Shown: positions 59,017-64,000 of the stretch, in pieces
Layout: each line of letters opens with the position of its first letter
Position numbering within the stretch: the stretch's first letter is position 1
NCBI GenBank assembly: GCA_963717645.1
Contig: CAVQWQ010000034.1
Location: 256,232 to 320,231, forward strand
DNA: 64,000 nt
Direction: 5' to 3'
Origin: an uncultured Actinomycetes bacterium
Lineage (GTDB): Bacteria > Actinomycetota > Acidimicrobiia > Acidimicrobiales > AC-9
Program-made: the position numbers and the translations under genes
Notes under the pieces: generated by a model
Told to the model about the DNA's origin: nothing
The model's input: the letters and a program-made list of their open reading frames with translations, nothing else
The model's database searches: none

Positions 59017-59680
59017 GTGGCGACCGGCGCTGTCGTGGACATGGACCGAGCCTTGCTCACAGGCCGGGCCGGACGGATCCTGCGCAGCCGTCTGCGCCAG
59101 GCGGGCATTCGTGACGCACCAGGCCTGCACCCGGGAGCTGTCTTCCGGCCGATCGTGGACGCAGCCGGGCGCTCGCTGGTCACGCAGCTGGCGCTGCTCA
59201 CGGCCCAGGCACAACAGGGGTGGCCGGAGGAAGCGGTTCGCGAGGCTGCTGGTGCGGCTGCCGACGAGCTCGTGGACCACGTCGCCCCTTATGCTCGGCA
59301 GCTGCTCGATAGCCACCGGGAGGCTGGCCATCGCCTCGTTCTGGTCAGCGCCGCCCCTGCGTCCGTCGCCGAGCCGCTCGGCGAACGCCTGGGTGTCGAG
59401 CGGGTAGTCGGCACGGGCTGGCCCGAAGTTGCGAACAGCGTGCTCGCCGCTCTCGAGGGGTCGGTCATATGGGGATGGGCCAACGCCCTGGTCGTCAGTC
59501 AGTGGGCGACCTCGACCGGAGTAAACCTCCAGCGGAGCCACGCCTACGCCGACAACTACTTCGCCGCTCCGGTGCTCGCCTCGGTCGGCCACCCCACGGC
59601 CGTGGAACCGGACGCCCGGCTGGCTGTGATCGCCCGGACGATGCGGTTGGCCGGTCCGCCACCTCGATGGTCCCGAAGGG
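59017..59680 (+). CDS. HAD-IB-type hydrolase domain (5' part of a probable HAD::PlsC bifunctional gene that is split by a frameshift)
   Basis: AVVDMDRALLTG (DxD), LVLVSAAPASVAEPLGERLG and ASVGHPTAVEPDARL. The frame runs on as junk through the PlsC gene. Confidence 0.5.
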
Positions 59681-60433
59681 GTGGTGAAGATCGCGGGTCG
59701 CCAGCTCCAGGAGCTCCTCAGGCCGCTCACCCGCGCCTGGATTGTTCCCGGCGTTCGCTTCGAGAGCCACGGTCTCGAGCACATCCCTCGCCAGGGCGGC
59801 GCCATCGTCTGCTTCAACCATCGCAGCTATTTCGACCCGGTGGTGATGAACCTGATCGCCGTCCGGGCCGGGCGCGTCATGCGGGGCCTGGGCAAGAAGG
59901 AGGTGCTCGACGCTCCGGTCGTTGGCCTTCTGGCTCGCGCTGCTGGCACCATCCGAGTCGAGCGAGGCACGGGCTCGGACGAACCCTTGGAAGCGGCGGC
60001 CCGGGCGTTGCGGGCAGGCGATCTCCTCGCCATCGCCCCGCAGGGCACGATCCCGCGGGGACCTGCGTTCTTCGAGCCCGAGCTGGAGGGGCGGTGGGGA
60101 ACAGCCCGCCTGGCGGCGATGACCAGAGCACCGGTCATCCCCGTGGGGCTGTGGGGCACCGAGCAAATATGGCCCCGGAGTGCCCGGTTGCCGCGGCTCA
60201 ATCCTGCACAGCGGCACCTCGTGACCGCACGGGTGGGACGGCCGGTCGAGCTGAGCTACGAAGACGTGGACTCCGACACGAAGCGGATCATGGCCGCCAT
60301 CATGGACCTGCTGCCGCCCGAGGCCAGACAGCGTCGCGTCGCCAGCGAGGCGGAGCTGCTCCTCACCTACCCGCCTGGCTATCACGGGACTCCCAGCCTC
60401 GAGTCCGAGCGTCGGCCGGGTCGCGACACCTAG
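59681..60433 (+). CDS. 1-acyl-sn-glycerol-3-phosphate acyltransferase (PlsC family)
   Basis: NHRSYFDP (HxxxxD) and a PQGTIPRG (xxEGTR-like) block. Confidence 0.7.
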   Translation: MVKIAGRQLQELLRPLTRAWIVPGVRFESHGLEHIPRQGGAIVCFNHRSYFDPVVMNLIAVRAGRVMRGLGKKEVLDAPVVGLLARAAGTIRVERGTGSDEPLEAAARALRAGDLLAIAPQGTIPRGPAFFEPELEGRWGTARLAAMTRAPVIPVGLWGTEQIWPRSARLPRLNPAQRHLVTARVGRPVELSYEDVDSDTKRIMAAIMDLLPPEARQRRVASEAELLLTYPPGYHGTPSLESERRPGRDT

Positions 60434-60471
60434 GAGACATTGCCCGGTCACGATAGGAAGGTCGGTCCGAT

Positions 60472-62175
60472 ATGAAGAAGATCGAGGCGCTGAGGCCGTC
60501 GACTGCGAGTCGAGCTCGCGGTGTCTTGTCCTTCTCGCTGCTCGGCCCGGTTGAGTCGCTGGCTCGGCCCCTATCGGGCGCCCTCGAGACGTTCCGGGCG
60601 CTCTTCCAGGTTGGGCTTCTCCGTCCGATTCGGCCTGACCAAGCGGTGGCGATGGTGGCAGCCCTGAGACGCTGGGGCCTGACTCCGGCTGCCGGATACG
60701 CCGCCTGCGCTATCCGAGACCCTCACGCCCCCGCCCTGATCGACGAGGCCGGCACACTCAGCTTCCAGGAGGTGGACCGGCGCACGACCGCGCTGGCCAA
60801 GGGGCTGGCTCGTTCGGGCATCGACGCCGGTCACATCGTGGGAGTCCTGTGCCGGAACCACCATCTCCTCATCGAGGCCACGGTGGCCCTCACCAAGCTG
60901 GGTGCCAACTCTCTTTATCTCAACACTTCCTTCGGGGGGCCCCAGCTGGCAGGTGTCCTACGGGAGGAGAGGGCGTCAGGGCTCATCTACGACCAGGAGT
61001 TCGCCGAGATAGCCAAGAGCGGAGCCAGGAGGCGAAAGCGCTTTGTCGCCTGGGTCGACGGCCCGCCTCGCGGGGGAAGGCGCGACCTCACCATCGAGAG
61101 CCTCATCGAGACCGGCAAGTCACTCGAACCCCTGGCACCGACAAAGCCCGGTGGCCAGATCCTCCTCACCTCCGGAACCACGGGACGACCCAAGGGGGCC
61201 AACCGAGCACTGCCTTACACCCTCAACCCTCTGGTGGCGTTCGTCTCCCGCATACCACTGCACCACAGGGACATCACCTTGATCTCCGCTCCTCTCTACC
61301 ACGCGTGGGGCGTGGGCAGCGTAGGAATGTCCCTGATCTCGGAGGCGACGGTAGTACTGCAGCGGCGCTTCGATCCCGAGGCCGCCCTGGCCGCCATCGA
61401 GGCACACCACGTCAGCGTTCTGGCCGCGGTGCCGGTGATGGTCCAGCGGATCATGGCATTGCCCGAGGCCACCCGCCGGCGTTACGACACGGCCTCTCTG
61501 CGGATCGTGGCCTTGAGCGGGTCAGCTCTGCCTGGCCCCGTGTCCGAAGCGTTCATGGACTACTACGGAGAGATCGTCTACAGCCTCTACGGGTCGACCG
61601 AGGCGGGGTGGGGTGCTATCGCGACCCCTGGAGACCTGCGAGCCGCCCCCGGTACGGCTGGGTTCCCCCCGAAGGGGGCCGTGGTACGCATCGTCGACGA
61701 GGCAGGCCGGGATGTACCCATCGGTCAGACCGGACGCATCTTCGTCGGCAGCGAGCTGTTGTTCGAGGGCTACACCAGCGGCCACACGAAGGAGATGCTC
61801 GAGGGCCTGATGTCCACCGGCGATGTCGGACATTTCGACGAGTTGGGGCGCCTGTTCGTTGATGGCCGGGAGGACGAGATGATCGTCTCGGGAGGAGAAA
61901 ATGTCTATCCTCAAGAGGTGGAAGACCTGCTGCGGGCGCACGACGCCGTGGCTGACGCGGCTGTCATCGGAGTGCCTGATGAGCACTTCGGCCAGCGCCT
62001 GAAGGCCTTCGTTGTAGCGGAGCAGAGTCGAGCTGTCTCCGAGAAGGAGCTCAAGGACCATGTGCGGTCGACCTTGTCCCGCTACAAGGTCCCCCGGGAC
62101 GTGGAGTTTGTCGGGAACTTACCCAGGAACCCGACCGGCAAAGTTCTGAAGCGGGAGCTGGACAGGCTGGCCTAG
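60472..62175 (+). CDS. AMP-dependent acyl-CoA synthetase/ligase (FadD-like)
   Basis: LTSGTTGRPKGA AMP-binding motif, GEIVYSLYGSTE and a C-terminal GKVLKREL. Confidence 0.85.
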   Translation: MKKIEALRPSTASRARGVLSFSLLGPVESLARPLSGALETFRALFQVGLLRPIRPDQAVAMVAALRRWGLTPAAGYAACAIRDPHAPALIDEAGTLSFQEVDRRTTALAKGLARSGIDAGHIVGVLCRNHHLLIEATVALTKLGANSLYLNTSFGGPQLAGVLREERASGLIYDQEFAEIAKSGARRRKRFVAWVDGPPRGGRRDLTIESLIETGKSLEPLAPTKPGGQILLTSGTTGRPKGANRALPYTLNPLVAFVSRIPLHHRDITLISAPLYHAWGVGSVGMSLISEATVVLQRRFDPEAALAAIEAHHVSVLAAVPVMVQRIMALPEATRRRYDTASLRIVALSGSALPGPVSEAFMDYYGEIVYSLYGSTEAGWGAIATPGDLRAAPGTAGFPPKGAVVRIVDEAGRDVPIGQTGRIFVGSELLFEGYTSGHTKEMLEGLMSTGDVGHFDELGRLFVDGREDEMIVSGGENVYPQEVEDLLRAHDAVADAAVIGVPDEHFGQRLKAFVVAEQSRAVSEKELKDHVRSTLSRYKVPRDVEFVGNLPRNPTGKVLKRELDRLA

Positions 62176-63631
62176 AGGGTGGAGGCGCGGCATTCACTGA
62201 AGCGTGAACTGCTCGGCTGGCCTGTGGCGCAACGCCATTCCGTGCTCTCGAATCTCGTGCGTGCTACGAGCTAGCGACCTTAGCCTGCCAGCCCTGCACC
62301 TCTTCGAGGGTGAAGGCGCTCTGGCCTTGGAGTGCGAACGCCCGCGAGCCACGATGGCATCTGTGCTTTGACCGCTAACTCTTGGTCGGGATAGGTGATG
62401 ATGCTCAGGAGCACTTGATCGGAGCACAGGTGCGTTTCGATGTGGCCCCCGTACTTGGCAACAATGTCGAGGGCGAGGGACTGCTCCGTCAGACGCTGGT
62501 CTTGGTTCGTGTCCGCGCACGCAGGTGTCAAAGTCAGCTTGGACGCAACTCGATGTGCCATTGCCCCTCGATGCCGTGCATGATCACCGGCACGTCGGAG
62601 GGGATGGCGCCGGCGTGGTTAGCGATGAGGAGCGCGCCTCGCTCGTCGGGATCTTCTCCAGGCCTTCCCACGCGACCCGAAACCACAGCGGTCCGTAGAC
62701 CTGCCGGGCAACGGCCCGCATGTGCTCGGAGCGGCCCCACTCGTCGACGTCGGACAGCCGGGAATCATGGGACTGCGCCTCCTTGGGGCTCAGTGGGAGT
62801 CGCTGGTCTCGTCGCCTCGACGAACCCGTCTCCAGCCGCCACGGGATGGTTCTCCTTACTCAATTGCTACTGGCAGGGCAAGAGTCAGCCACTCTTCGGG
62901 TGACTAAATCCACGCCCTGCTCCCCGACTCAAATCACCGTCCCAGCGGAGCTGCGGCGCCATGGTTGTCCTCGGCATCAGTCATCGCTGTCGGTTCCCGC
63001 TTCGTCTTCGAGTCCCGCAGAGCTGACGCCGCAAGGGAGAACACGTACACCGCCGCCCCAACAACCAGCGCTATGAAGAGCACCGGTACGAGGATCAGCA
63101 GTCCCATCGTTTCACCTCCTCACTCCGAAGAGAAGGCTCGAACAATTACGACCCGGATAGTTCCAATTGACTATGCAAAACGCTCTCATCATCTCTCCTC
63201 TGCTTGTGAGGCTATGCGTCAACCCCGGGATAGCGCCACGGTCAAAGGTCCTGCTCTCCACGTGTCTAAAGACATCAGTCGCCTGGCGGATCCTCGTCGG
63301 CTGTCCGAGCTGCATGCGCGTCGCCGAGGAGCAAGCGCTTGTCAACGCCGGCCGAAGCGGGTTGGGGCCTCCCGGCTCCGGAGCCCGGGGAGAGCCGTGG
63401 TCCCCTCGAGCCCACAGTGTCCAACCCTGCCTGCGTCACGAGCGAGGGTCCGGGGCGTCGAAGCCGCGGTCCGATCCAACCCTCGGACTGGAACTCATTT
63501 GCTTTCACACAGACAGGCGCCATCGTGCTGTTGACTCATCCAGAGCGGCCCGAGGGACCTGGCCCTACGACGGCCCGGCAACCGGCCTGCAGGCACGGTG
63601 CCAACGCCAGTGACGATGAGGAGGCAGCAAT

Positions 63632-63715
63632 ATGTCTATCAAGTCCTTCGGTCTCGCCGACGACACCGAGATCTGCCCGGCCTGCTTCGCGCTGCGAGGG
63701 CTAATGATTGATTGA
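63632..63715 (+). CDS. Candidate 27-aa peptide MSIKSFGLADDTEICPACFALRGLMID with strong Shine-Dalgarno
   Basis: GAGGAGG lies 7 nt upstream of the ATG and a TGA stop is followed by further stops. Lies in a lower-GC, gene-poor terminal region. Confidence 0.25.
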   Translation: MSIKSFGLADDTEICPACFALRGLMID

Positions 63716-64000
63716 TAGGCCGCCCGGCGCCCGGCAGCTCTGCGACTGCGAGATTTCGGAACTCGTCGCCAGGGGACAGGAGGTGCCTCGCTATGGCCAT
63801 GACTTACACACCACGGCTGAGCTGTGCCGTTGTTGCGGGGTGGACTTGGTGTGCTCGGGTTCGAAGTGGGCGAAGTGGTTCTGTCGGGAGTATGAAACGG
63901 GGTCCCTGTGACACCCGCTGCCCAGCCAGACAGGTCACAGGATAGGAGTTCTGGACCCCTACACCACGGGCTCGGCACACTGGCCCCTCTTCAGCAGATC

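Noticed and set aside
1-64000. Genome-wide UGA=Trp (or Gly) recoding as the explanation for the in-frame TGAs
   Set aside because: Several confident genes end in TGA within ATGA or TGATG overlaps with the next gene's start (for example 1795, 2639, 16977, 21907, 36693), so TGA functions as a stop here. Any decoding would have to be gene-specific.

Overview
High-GC (about 68-70%) actinobacterial-type chromosomal segment, densely coded on both strands. All calls are from reading the six-frame translations and the raw sequence by eye; no searches were run, and hand-derived start coordinates may be off by a few nt. Main content: (1) lipid/steroid-type catabolic genes: a double-domain acyl-CoA dehydrogenase, three cytochrome P450s (two close paralogues), SCP2, acyl-CoA thioesterase II, family III CoA-transferase, HMG-CoA-lyase-like, enoyl-CoA hydratase, SDRs, a FadD-type ligase and a standalone methylmalonyl-CoA-mutase catalytic subunit; (2) regulators: MarR, ECF41-type sigma, GntR, TetR, ArsR; (3) transporters: FNT, DrrAB-type ABC, two MFS, an orphan Liv-type solute-binding protein, a K+ channel with RCK domains, an aquaporin; (4) a membrane island: flotillin, NfeD, aquaporin, two DUF202, LapA-like and YccF-like proteins; (5) tRNA-Lys(CTT) and tRNA-His(GTG) bracketing small ORFs, next to a TraD/VirD4-like coupling protein, an MBL hydrolase and an ABC ATPase fragment, which may be remnants of an integrated conjugative element; (6) an unusually large number of truncated or frameshifted gene remnants. 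Two small ORFs carry in-frame UGA codons at positions where Trp (or Sec) would fit. The candidate I would look at first for novelty is a three-gene unit at 2418-3680: a small CxxC protein, a PqqC/TenA-like heme-oxygenase-fold enzyme, and an overlapping Cys-rich small ORF interrupted by two in-frame UGAs that form a UxxU/WxxW motif. A non-canonical aldehyde-dehydrogenase::Fe-alcohol-dehydrogenase fusion and a membrane-anchored orphan SBP paired with a Gly/Ala-rich surface protein are also notable. No CRISPR array or rRNA was seen.
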